Below, piece after piece: positions 18,979 to 27,018 of a DNA stretch of 64,000 nucleotides. The stretch's first letter is position 1; each line of letters begins with the position of its first letter. Below the pieces are notes generated by a model. That model did not search any database. It was not told the origin of the DNA and was given only the letters and a program-made list of their open reading frames with translations. Origin of the DNA: Candidatus Krumholzibacteriota bacterium (GTDB taxonomy: Bacteria; Krumholzibacteriota; Krumholzibacteriia; JAJRXK01); contig CAVXTH010000005.1 in the NCBI GenBank assembly GCA_963764625.1, positions 384,001 to 448,000 on the forward strand. Reading direction: 5' to 3'. Both the position numbers and the translations under genes were made by a program.

Positions 18979-20981
18979 GATTGCCTCACAAGACTCTCTA
19001 CGTAATTGGGGGCGCCGCCCTCGAGGACAGCATTCAACAACCACTCCATCAGATAAAAATACGTCAGATCGATCAGCTCGGGACCAATTCCAACCGCGCG
19101 CTCGGGGTGACCGTCTTGCCAGCTGAGCTCGAACTCGCTTCCCGCATAGCCTACTCGATCGTTCTCTCTCCAGCAGGAAAACTCCTGCCCCTCGAACCGA
19201 CCCGACATTTTCTCTCTGTCTCCCACTCTTTCCAGAAAGAAGCCGTCATACTCGTTCCAGCGCCGCCACTGCTCCTCGCTGCCGAAGAAGCGCGGCTTCA
19301 AGATGTAGGGTCCGCCATCTTCGGGGCAAAAGATGTCGCAGTTGCCGCAATCGTTGCAGAAGTCGGCAAAATTGGCGATCTGATGCCGTTCGTCCAGCTC
19401 CAGGTCCGGCGCCGCGCGCAGCGTCCAGCCCTCCGAATGACGCTCCAAGAAGGCGCTCGTGATGCGGCGCACCTCGCTTCGCAGGATGAAGTTGGCGTCG
19501 TTGGGACAAACAGGTAAGCACTTGTCGCAGCTGATGCAATCGAAGAACTCGAGCGAGCTGCCGATTTTTTTGGGAGAGGTGCGATTCTTCACTCTCCTAT
19601 AGCGCTCGTCCTGACCCAATGCATTCAGGTAGGATTCGGTGTTGACCAGGATCGCGCGCTCCAGTTCGGCGACATCCCCTGCCTCGGCCTTCAAAGGGGT
19701 GGCTTCTCTGGTCGGTGCGTCCGCGAGCGTTCCCTCGTGGCGCAGCGCCTCCTTCAGGATGAACTCGGTACGCGTTCTCGCCCCGACCGCGTCCATGCGG
19801 CCGTGCAGCTGCCGATAGTACCCGCCCAGGCGGCCGTACCCTCCCGTCTTCAGAAGGTCGCTGCACACCGTCACCGGAACCAAACCCAAGGCCACTGCGT
19901 CGGGAAAATTCATCTTGTCGATGCCGGCGCTGAAGGAGATGGGAAAGCGCATCTTGAAATGGCGACGAAACCGCGCCACGAGGTGCATGGCCAAGACGTG
20001 CAGAGGCGCTCCGGAGAGATAGACTTCCTTTTCGCTGCCGGGCAGGAACCCGGCGGTGTTTTCCACGATGAGAGTGTTGGTGAACTTCGCCCCCAGACTC
20101 AGATCCAGTGCACGGGCCGTCTCATCCAAGCTCTCCATGATTTCGACCGCCCGTTCGAACGGCATGTCTCGTTCGAACGCACTGTCGGGGATGCGAATCT
20201 GGTCGTAGCCCAGCTCGTCGTGCAACAGACCGCGCGCCAGTTGAGGTCCCAGGAGCATCGGATTGAATTTGACGATGCAGTGGATCGAGAACTTTCGCAG
20301 GAGAAACTCGACGATCGACTCGATTTCCTCGGGAGGACACCCGTGGAACGTGGAGAGCGTGAGAGTGTTCGAAAGCTGCTCGGGAAAGTCCAGATCTCTC
20401 AACGAGGAGAACTCCGCGGGGATCTGGGGGCGCAGACGGTTCACCACTTCCCGGCAGTCGAGCATGCCCCCAAGAAAGGTCTGCACTCTCTCGCTCTGGA
20501 TGCCCGCAAGATCGTAGCCCACGCTCATGTCCCACACGATTTCGGTGAAGCGTGGCGCGAGATCTAGCTCCCCGCTCTCCTGGAGCATCTGTACCAACAT
20601 GGCGCCCTTCACGTATTCCTCGAGCGACGCCTCCAACTTGAGCTCTTGCGACCATTCCGCGTTGTAGCCCACGTTGCGCATGTCGATGCAGGGACGCGGG
20701 ATCTTCAGTTCATCTTGAATCTGTACGGTCTTCAGCTCGAAAAAACGCGAACCGCCCAGCCAGGCCAGGACCAGGTTTTGCGCCATTTGGGTGTGGGGAC
20801 CGGCGGCGGGACCCAGAGGGGAAGCAATCCGGTGAGCTCCGAACGGAGCCGAGAGGTCGTACTCTCTGCTTCCCAGATGGAACTTCGAGCGCGGCAAACC
20901 GAAGATACGGTCATGGACCCGCAAGTCGTCGAAGGCCCGCCGCACGAGTGCCGCGAGGGGATAGGGAACCAACTCCGCCAT
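18975..20981 (-). CDS. ygfK: YgfK-like oxidoreductase, short form (DHOD-like barrel plus 2x[4Fe-4S], no FAD/NAD(P) module)
   Basis: GPAAGPHTQMAQN, RFFELKTVQ, RPCID, YNAEWSQEL, TLSTFHGCPP.EIE, SFSAG, TVCSDLLK.GGY, CISCDKCLPVCP, CNDCGNCDIFCP. Confidence 0.82.
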   Translation of the reverse strand: MAELVPYPLAALVRRAFDDLRVHDRIFGLPRSKFHLGSREYDLSAPFGAHRIASPLGPAAGPHTQMAQNLVLAWLGGSRFFELKTVQIQDELKIPRPCIDMRNVGYNAEWSQELKLEASLEEYVKGAMLVQMLQESGELDLAPRFTEIVWDMSVGYDLAGIQSERVQTFLGGMLDCREVVNRLRPQIPAEFSSLRDLDFPEQLSNTLTLSTFHGCPPEEIESIVEFLLRKFSIHCIVKFNPMLLGPQLARGLLHDELGYDQIRIPDSAFERDMPFERAVEIMESLDETARALDLSLGAKFTNTLIVENTAGFLPGSEKEVYLSGAPLHVLAMHLVARFRRHFKMRFPISFSAGIDKMNFPDAVALGLVPVTVCSDLLKTGGYGRLGGYYRQLHGRMDAVGARTRTEFILKEALRHEGTLADAPTREATPLKAEAGDVAELERAILVNTESYLNALGQDERYRRVKNRTSPKKIGSSLEFFDCISCDKCLPVCPNDANFILRSEVRRITSAFLERHSEGWTLRAAPDLELDERHQIANFADFCNDCGNCDIFCPEDGGPYILKPRFFGSEEQWRRWNEYDGFFLERVGDREKMSGRFEGQEFSCWRENDRVGYAGSEFELSWQDGHPERAVGIGPELIDLTYFYLMEWLLNAVLEGGAPNYVESLVRQS

Positions 20982-21018
20982 TGAACTCAGTACCTTTGGC
21001 ATTTGATGAGGAGGGTAC

Positions 21019-21047
21019 AGTCTAGGCCCTCCCCGCCCGTATCTCAA
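21019..21047 (-). promoter_or_regulatory. Putative sigma70 promoter of the ygfK-ygeW-ygeY operon
   Basis: Minus strand TTGAGA-N17-TAGACT, 38 nt upstream of ATG 20981. Confidence 0.55.
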
Positions 21048-21210
21048 GTCCGTCTCCACCGGATCAGAGCCAAGTTCTAGCCGTTTTTGCACAGGAACTC
21101 TTGATTGGAGCTAAAGCTTGCCTATTCTTCGGTAGACGGAACTCGGGGGAAGTCTCTCGCCCGCGCCGATACTGATCGCCGAGTTCGACTCCCCGCAACA
21201 AAGGCGCCTG

Positions 21211-21954
21211 ATGCGCATCCACCTTTTTGTTCCTTGCTTCGTGGATCACTTTGCTCCCGAAGTGGCTTGGGCTAGCGCGCGCATTCTGCAGCGCCTGGGG
21301 CACGAGGTGATCGTTCCTGAAACTCAGACCTGTTGCGGCCAACCCGGGTTCAACAGCGGCTATCTCGAGGAAAGCGTCGACGTCGCCAAGCAGTGGCTGG
21401 GTTCTTTCGCCGAGGCGGAAGCGGTGGTCGGGAGCTCGGGCTCGTGCGTCGCTTTCGTCCGTGAGAAGTTTCCCGTCTTTTTCGAGAACACGCCTCACGA
21501 AGTCGAGGCGAACGAGCTGGCCAACCGCACCTGGGAGCTGAGCTCGTTTCTGGTGGACGTCCTCGGCGTGGAAGATGTGGGGGCCCGCCTCGACGGGAAG
21601 GCCACCTTCCACGATGGGTGTCATGGCATGCGGGACCTCGGGCTGGGAACCCAGGCGCGCCGGCTTCTCTCCAAAGTCGAGGGCCTGGAGCTGGTCGAGA
21701 TGAATCGAACCGACCTCTGCTGTGGATTCGGCGGTTCCTTCTCGGTAAAGCTCCCGGAACTCTCGGTCTCGATGGCCGACGCCAAGCTGCGCGAGATCCA
21801 GGCCACCGGTACCGAGCTTCTCATCTCCACCGAACCCACTTGCCTGAGTCAACTCATCACGCGTGCCAAACGTCGCGGACTCAAGCTCCGCTCGATCCAT
21901 CTGGCCAACGTGCTCGACCACGACGTCGACGAGAGGCGGGTTGAAAGAAGATGA
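21211..21954 (+). CDS. lutA: Lactate utilization protein A (CCG Fe-S protein, LutA/YkgE)
   Basis: LFVPCFVD, QTCCGQP..NSG, SGSC, FHDGCH, CCGFGGSFSVK. Confidence 0.9.
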   Translation: MRIHLFVPCFVDHFAPEVAWASARILQRLGHEVIVPETQTCCGQPGFNSGYLEESVDVAKQWLGSFAEAEAVVGSSGSCVAFVREKFPVFFENTPHEVEANELANRTWELSSFLVDVLGVEDVGARLDGKATFHDGCHGMRDLGLGTQARRLLSKVEGLELVEMNRTDLCCGFGGSFSVKLPELSVSMADAKLREIQATGTELLISTEPTCLSQLITRAKRRGLKLRSIHLANVLDHDVDERRVERR

Positions 21955-23345
21955 GCCTGACTCGGTTGCGCGCCCGCATGGTGACGGCCCTCAAGGATCC
22001 GGCCCTGTCCCTGCCCTACGAAAAGGCGACCGCCACCGCGCGGGCGAAGCGGGCTGCGGCCGTCGTCCAGATGCCGGATTTCGAGGAGCAACGAGAACTC
22101 GCGGCGCGAGCGCGTCGCGATTCGGTCGCGCACATGCAGGAGTTGCTACGGATCTTCGATGAACGCTTCACGCGCGACGGTGGCTATGTCCATCGGGCGC
22201 ACGACGCCACCGAGGCCCGAGAGTGCGTCACCCGAATCCTCTCGGAGTACCAGGCGAGGAGCGTGGTGAAGGGGAAGTCGATGCTGAGCGAGGAGATCGG
22301 ACTCAACGAGCATCTTCTGGCCGGCGGCTACGAGGTGTACGAAAGCGATCTCGGCGAGTTCATCGTACAGCTCGCGGGACACCGGCCCAGCCACATCACC
22401 GCGCCCGCGCTCCATCTGAACCGCGTGGACATTGCCAAACTCTTCCACGAGAAACTCGGGGTAGACTACACGGAGGATCCGGTCGAGCTCACCACCATTG
22501 CTCGAGTCGCACTGCGCGAGCGCTTCCTGAGAGCGGACGCCGGAATCACCGGCGCGAATTTCCTGGTCGCCGACACCGGACAGATCGTCCTCTTGGAGAA
22601 CGAAGCCAACATTCGCATGACCGTGACCCTGCCCAGGGTGCACATCGCGGTGGTGGGCTTGGAAAAGGTCATTCGCTCCAGCGCCGACCTCGGCCCCTTG
22701 CTGAGCGTCCTGGCGCGAAGCGCCACCGGACAGAAGATGGGCGCCTACACCTCGATCCTGGGAGCAAACGGCTCGCCCCCACGGCACGTCGTGCTGGTGG
22801 ACAGCGGGAGAAGCTCTCTGGCCGAAAACATCTCGCGTCGCGAGATCCTGAGCTGCATCCGCTGCGGCGCCTGCCTCAACGCATGCCCGGTTTACGAGCG
22901 TATCGGCGGGCACGCGTACGAATCGGCCTACAGCGGTCCGATCGGCGCCCTCCTGGGACCACACCACCTCGGAACCGATCACGGAAGGGAGCTCCCCTTC
23001 GCCAGCAGTCTGTGCGGCGCTTGCACCGAGGTGTGTCCGGTGAAAATCGACATTGCCTCGATGCTGCGTTCCGAACGGCAGCGTTACGTGGAGACCAGCG
23101 GAGCCCAGGTAACGGAGCGCTTCGGCTGGTGGGTGTGGTCGAAAGTCATGGTCCGACCGAAGCTCTACCGCATCCTGGCCCGCATCGCGCGCGGGGTGAT
23201 GCAGGGTCCCGGCCTTCGTCAGGGCGGACCCTCCGCCATGGGCGCATGGACTCTGGGACGCGAGCTTCCCGAAGCCGCGCCGACCTCGTTCGTGCATCAG
23301 TGGAGTCGGGCCGGTGGAAAAACCTCGCCCGGAAAGCGCCTGTAG
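21951..23345 (+). CDS. lutB: Lactate utilization protein B (LutB/YkgF)
   Basis: VKGKSMLSEE, ESDLGEFIVQL, PSHITAPALH, GITGANF, CIRCGACLNACP, SLCGACTEVCP. Confidence 0.92.
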   Translation: MSLTRLRARMVTALKDPALSLPYEKATATARAKRAAAVVQMPDFEEQRELAARARRDSVAHMQELLRIFDERFTRDGGYVHRAHDATEARECVTRILSEYQARSVVKGKSMLSEEIGLNEHLLAGGYEVYESDLGEFIVQLAGHRPSHITAPALHLNRVDIAKLFHEKLGVDYTEDPVELTTIARVALRERFLRADAGITGANFLVADTGQIVLLENEANIRMTVTLPRVHIAVVGLEKVIRSSADLGPLLSVLARSATGQKMGAYTSILGANGSPPRHVVLVDSGRSSLAENISRREILSCIRCGACLNACPVYERIGGHAYESAYSGPIGALLGPHHLGTDHGRELPFASSLCGACTEVCPVKIDIASMLRSERQRYVETSGAQVTERFGWWVWSKVMVRPKLYRILARIARGVMQGPGLRQGGPSAMGAWTLGRELPEAAPTSFVHQWSRAGGKTSPGKRL

Positions 23346-23372
23346 TTTGGACCTAGCGAGTAGAGGGCAAAG

Positions 23373-24044
23373 GTGGCCATGAGCCTGCTCGAACAGTTTT
23401 GCCACGAGATGCAGCCGCTTCTGAAGGGCACGGACAGCGTGCACGGAGCCGTGTCCGTCTGCGCCAGCTACGAAGAAGCCGGCCGCCAGGTCGCCCAGCT
23501 CTTGCGTGAACGCCAGCTGCTGAGAGTGATCGCCGCCGCGCGGCCGGAACTCGATTTGGCCCTGAACTCTCTACGAGAGACTCTCGCGCGCTTCGCATCC
23601 GAAAAGCCCGAGAACCCTCCGATCGAGTTCGCAAGGGAAATTCCGACTCAGTTCAAGCTCGGGGATTCCTCGCTCACCTTTCGCGAGTATGCCGGTTTCG
23701 ACGCGGGGATCGGGGGCGCTGACGTTCTCATCGCCGAGTCGGCGACCATCGGTCTGAGGATGGGAGCCTATGAATCGCGGGCGCTCTCGCTGCTGCCTCC
23801 CACCCACATCGTGATCGCGCCCGCGTCCAGGCTCATGGCACGCATCCATGACGCCCTGGGGAGCCCCTTCACTCACCTGGACTCCCAAGAGGATTCCAAC
23901 GAAGGCGAATCTGACGCCCACGCCTCTTCCCCGACCCTCACCCTCATCAGCGGTCCCAGCCGTACCGCGGACATCGAGAAGATCCTGGTGCTTCCCGCGC
24001 ACGGACCCTCGCAGCTCTTCGTGTGGTTGGTGAGCGAGGCCTGA
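23373..24044 (+). CDS. lutC: Lactate utilization protein C (LutC/YkgG, LUD domain)
   Basis: RALSLLPPTHI and ISGPSRTADIE...HGP. Confidence 0.87.
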   Translation: MAMSLLEQFCHEMQPLLKGTDSVHGAVSVCASYEEAGRQVAQLLRERQLLRVIAAARPELDLALNSLRETLARFASEKPENPPIEFAREIPTQFKLGDSSLTFREYAGFDAGIGGADVLIAESATIGLRMGAYESRALSLLPPTHIVIAPASRLMARIHDALGSPFTHLDSQEDSNEGESDAHASSPTLTLISGPSRTADIEKILVLPAHGPSQLFVWLVSEA

Positions 24045-24095
24045 AGCGATCGTTCGTCGCGGAGCCAAGAAGCGTCTCTCGCGGTCACTCGAACT

Positions 24096-24914
24096 TCACG
24101 CCACCGCCAATTGAACCGTTTCGCGACCGACACAGAGGTTGTGCTCACGCGCCAATTCCGCGAAACGTCGCAGTCCGGCCAGCTCGTTCTCGGCCATGTC
24201 GTAGCAGATGGAATGCGACCAGTAGTCGATCAGTTCCTTTTCGTCATGACCACTGCTGACCGAATGTTCGGCGGCGAGTTGCTCGAGATTGGCGAAGCCG
24301 CGAGCCTTGGCCGCCTTCAGAATGTCCAAAAGAAGTGCTCGGCGCTCCCTCGCCTCGTCGCGTGAATAGGCGGGAGACAAGACCCACACCGCGAACACGA
24401 AGGGCAAGTGGGTCAGTTCGTACCACATGGCCCCCAGGTCGTATTCGTGGATTTCCCTCGCATCCACTTTCATCGCCCGATCTCCGATGATGAGCACCGT
24501 GTCGTGCTCGTGGAACGGATCCTCGGCCCGTGGCGACACCGTGTGCAGATCGGGCTGGCTGCCGTACATCTCGGCCAAAAGGATTCTCAGAAGCGCCACG
24601 CTACTCCGGCTGCCCCGATCGACCGCGATCGACTCCGCCTCCTGCAGCGGAATTTTGGAGAACACCTTCACGCTGTGGACGGGACCTTTGGCGCCGATGC
24701 AGATTCCGGGCACGATGTCTCCGCCCACCCCGCGCAGGTACTCGATCACCGGGATCATGCCCACGTCGACCTGGCCCTCGTAGAGACGATCGGCGAGCCG
24801 GCTGGGAACCTCGCGCAAGAGAGCGACATCCTTGCGCTCATCGAGACCGCAGATGAGCGGCACCGTGTTCAAGAACGAAACCGCTCCGATCCGATGGACA
24901 ATGGATGAACTCAT
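24096..24914 (-). CDS. mqnA: Chorismate dehydratase (futalosine pathway)
   Basis: FLNTVPL, GPVHSV, SRSSVALL, LIIGDRAM, DLGAMWYELTHLPFVFAVW. Confidence 0.9.
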   Translation of the reverse strand: MSSSIVHRIGAVSFLNTVPLICGLDERKDVALLREVPSRLADRLYEGQVDVGMIPVIEYLRGVGGDIVPGICIGAKGPVHSVKVFSKIPLQEAESIAVDRGSRSSVALLRILLAEMYGSQPDLHTVSPRAEDPFHEHDTVLIIGDRAMKVDAREIHEYDLGAMWYELTHLPFVFAVWVLSPAYSRDEARERRALLLDILKAAKARGFANLEQLAAEHSVSSGHDEKELIDYWSHSICYDMAENELAGLRRFAELAREHNLCVGRETVQLAVA

Positions 24915-26011
24915 GCTTCGTCACTCTCCCGGGGAAAGACCTCATGGACGCCGTTTCTCAAGACGGGCTCGTAGCCAGCCTCGACCAACCAGGCTTCGAT
25001 TTCGTCGAGATTCAGGTCGAACGAATCCGCGACCTCCCTGGGAGTGCGCTTGCCATCGAAGAGATAGCCTTCGAGATCGTCCACTCCGCAGGCGAGGCTA
25101 AGATGAGCCATTTTCAAGTCGCTGCAAGCATAGAGCATGCGCAGATGCTCGATTCCGCTCTCGCTCAGGCGGCAGGCCGCGAACACTCGCAGATCGTGCA
25201 GCCCCTGGGTGACGGCCGGGCTGCTCGGGCTCTCACGCTGAGCTGAATTGTGGATCACCGGAGCCAGAGAGGCAAAGACGCCGCACTCCCGTTGCACGCG
25301 CGTAATGGCTTCGAGTTGGTCGAGGAGCGAATTCGTATCGTTCGAAGGACCGTACAGCAGGGTGGCGTTTCCTTTGAGGCCCGCCCGGCCCGCGGCCAAC
25401 CAGAAGGACGACCAGCTCTCCGCCCCCGCCGCGCCGTGGCCCGGATGATGGCGAGGGCGCACGCCATCGGAGATCACGCGCAGTCCAGCCGCGCGCGCTT
25501 CGCCGAGCACTCCCTCGTCGGAGCCGGCCTCGATCCACAGATCGGCGGTTCCCAGTTGGAAGGTGGGCACAACGGAAGCGGCAGATCCGGTTCCTCCGTT
25601 CACGCCCGGAAGGGCCAGCTCGCCCAGCGCGTTCGCGCAGGCGTCGGCGTAGCGGACCAGATCCGAACTCGCAATCTCTCTTCTCGGCAGTACCTGATAG
25701 TCGCCCGCCGCAGGGTGAGCTCGCTCGAGCAGGGCGGTGCCCAATTCGCTGGCGGGGCCGGCCGGCGCGCCAAAGGTGGAGAGTTCACTCACATCGAGGC
25801 CGCTCAGAGGACTGAAGCGTTCCCCCGATCCCCAGTCGAGTGTGCGGAGCAGCACGTAGCTCGTCGTCGCGCCGTGCTGGCTGCGCCGAAGCGCGTCGGC
25901 GCGCGCTGCCATCGCGAGGGGGTCGGGATCGCTCAGGGCGCTCAGAAGAGACTGTCTGTCCAAAACCATGTTCACCGATCGGTCCTCGAGTCGACCCGCA
26001 GAGTAGTCCAT
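24911..26011 (-). CDS. Degenerate MqnE/CofH-like protein lacking the radical SAM CxxxCxxC motif
   Basis: ADALRR..HG..SYV N-terminus, NATLLYG, RVQRECGVF, DLRVFAACRL, LACGVDDLEG and EAGYEPVLRN match the MqnE/CofH layout. No Cys triad. Confidence 0.7.
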   Translation of the reverse strand: MDYSAGRLEDRSVNMVLDRQSLLSALSDPDPLAMAARADALRRSQHGATTSYVLLRTLDWGSGERFSPLSGLDVSELSTFGAPAGPASELGTALLERAHPAAGDYQVLPRREIASSDLVRYADACANALGELALPGVNGGTGSAASVVPTFQLGTADLWIEAGSDEGVLGEARAAGLRVISDGVRPRHHPGHGAAGAESWSSFWLAAGRAGLKGNATLLYGPSNDTNSLLDQLEAITRVQRECGVFASLAPVIHNSAQRESPSSPAVTQGLHDLRVFAACRLSESGIEHLRMLYACSDLKMAHLSLACGVDDLEGYLFDGKRTPREVADSFDLNLDEIEAWLVEAGYEPVLRNGVHEVFPRESDEA

Positions 26012-26035
26012 CGCGCGCCGGAGTGCCAGAATCGC

Positions 26036-26890
26036 TCAATGGAGATAGATCTCTCCCAGAACGAACACGAAGAGCGTGATCCCCACCCAGGAATTCACCT
26101 GGAAGAACGCCTTGTCGATCTTCCGCAGATCTCCGGATCGTACGAGCCAATGTTCGTAGAAGAGGAGGCTTGCGGTGGCGAGGATTCCCAGAGTCCAGAA
26201 AAGGCCCAGCTGCGCCACGTGGCCGGCGATGGCAAGGCAGGAGATACTGCCCGCGTGACAGACCCGGGCCACCAGGAGCGCGCGCCGGTCGCCGAGCGTC
26301 GCGCTCATGCTGTGCAGTCCCTCGGCGCGATCAAAGTGGGTGTCCTGGCAGCCGTAGATGATGTCGAATCCTGCCACCCACAGAATCACCGCGGCCCCGA
26401 GCCACAGCGGAAAGACCGCGAAGCTTCCCCTCACCGCGAGCCACGCGCCGATGGGCGCCAGAGCCAGAGAGAGCCCCAAGAGAAAGTGGGTGAGCGTGGT
26501 GAATCGCTTGGCCAGCGAGTAGAAGAAGATGATGGCCAGAGCGAGCGGAGAAAGGCGCAGACAGAGCGGGTTGAGCTGCCACGCCGCCACCACCAAGAGG
26601 GCCGACATCACCGCGGTGAAGATCCAGACCGGGCCGCGCGAGAGTTGCCCGCTGGGCAATTCCCGCGAGTGCGTGCGCGGATTGCGCGCGTCAATACCGT
26701 GATCTACCAGACGGTTGAACGCCATCGCCGCGCTGCGCGCGCCCACCATCGCCACCACGATCCACAGAATCACGCGATCGGCGGGCCGTCCATGGCTGGC
26801 CACCAGCATCGAAATCAAAGCGAAAGGGAACGCGAAGATCGTATGCTCGATCTTGATGGCGCGCAAAGTCTTGGCAAGAGCGTTGGACAC
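26036..26890 (-). CDS. mqnP: UbiA-family polyprenyltransferase (MqnP type)
   Basis: IKIEHTIFAFPF, ARSAAMAFNRLVD..IDARNPRT..RELP, YSLAKRFT, GFDIIYGCQD. Confidence 0.9.
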   Translation of the reverse strand: MSNALAKTLRAIKIEHTIFAFPFALISMLVASHGRPADRVILWIVVAMVGARSAAMAFNRLVDHGIDARNPRTHSRELPSGQLSRGPVWIFTAVMSALLVVAAWQLNPLCLRLSPLALAIIFFYSLAKRFTTLTHFLLGLSLALAPIGAWLAVRGSFAVFPLWLGAAVILWVAGFDIIYGCQDTHFDRAEGLHSMSATLGDRRALLVARVCHAGSISCLAIAGHVAQLGLFWTLGILATASLLFYEHWLVRSGDLRKIDKAFFQVNSWVGITLFVFVLGEIYLH

Positions 26891-27018
26891 GGCCGTACTT
26901 CGCGGGGAGATCGATGATTCACGGTACTACACGGAGGGGGAAACTGTAGTGGATTGGTGACCGGTTTCACAACCATCTAAATTGAATCCAACCCTTCGAG
27001 CAGGAGATCCACATCGCC

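Noticed and set aside
9511-20981. Selenocysteine (in-frame UGA) in the selenium-associated cluster
   Set aside because: I found no in-frame TGA interrupting conserved sequence. Se-dependent Mo-hydroxylases use a labile Se cofactor, and no sel or yqeBC genes are in the window.
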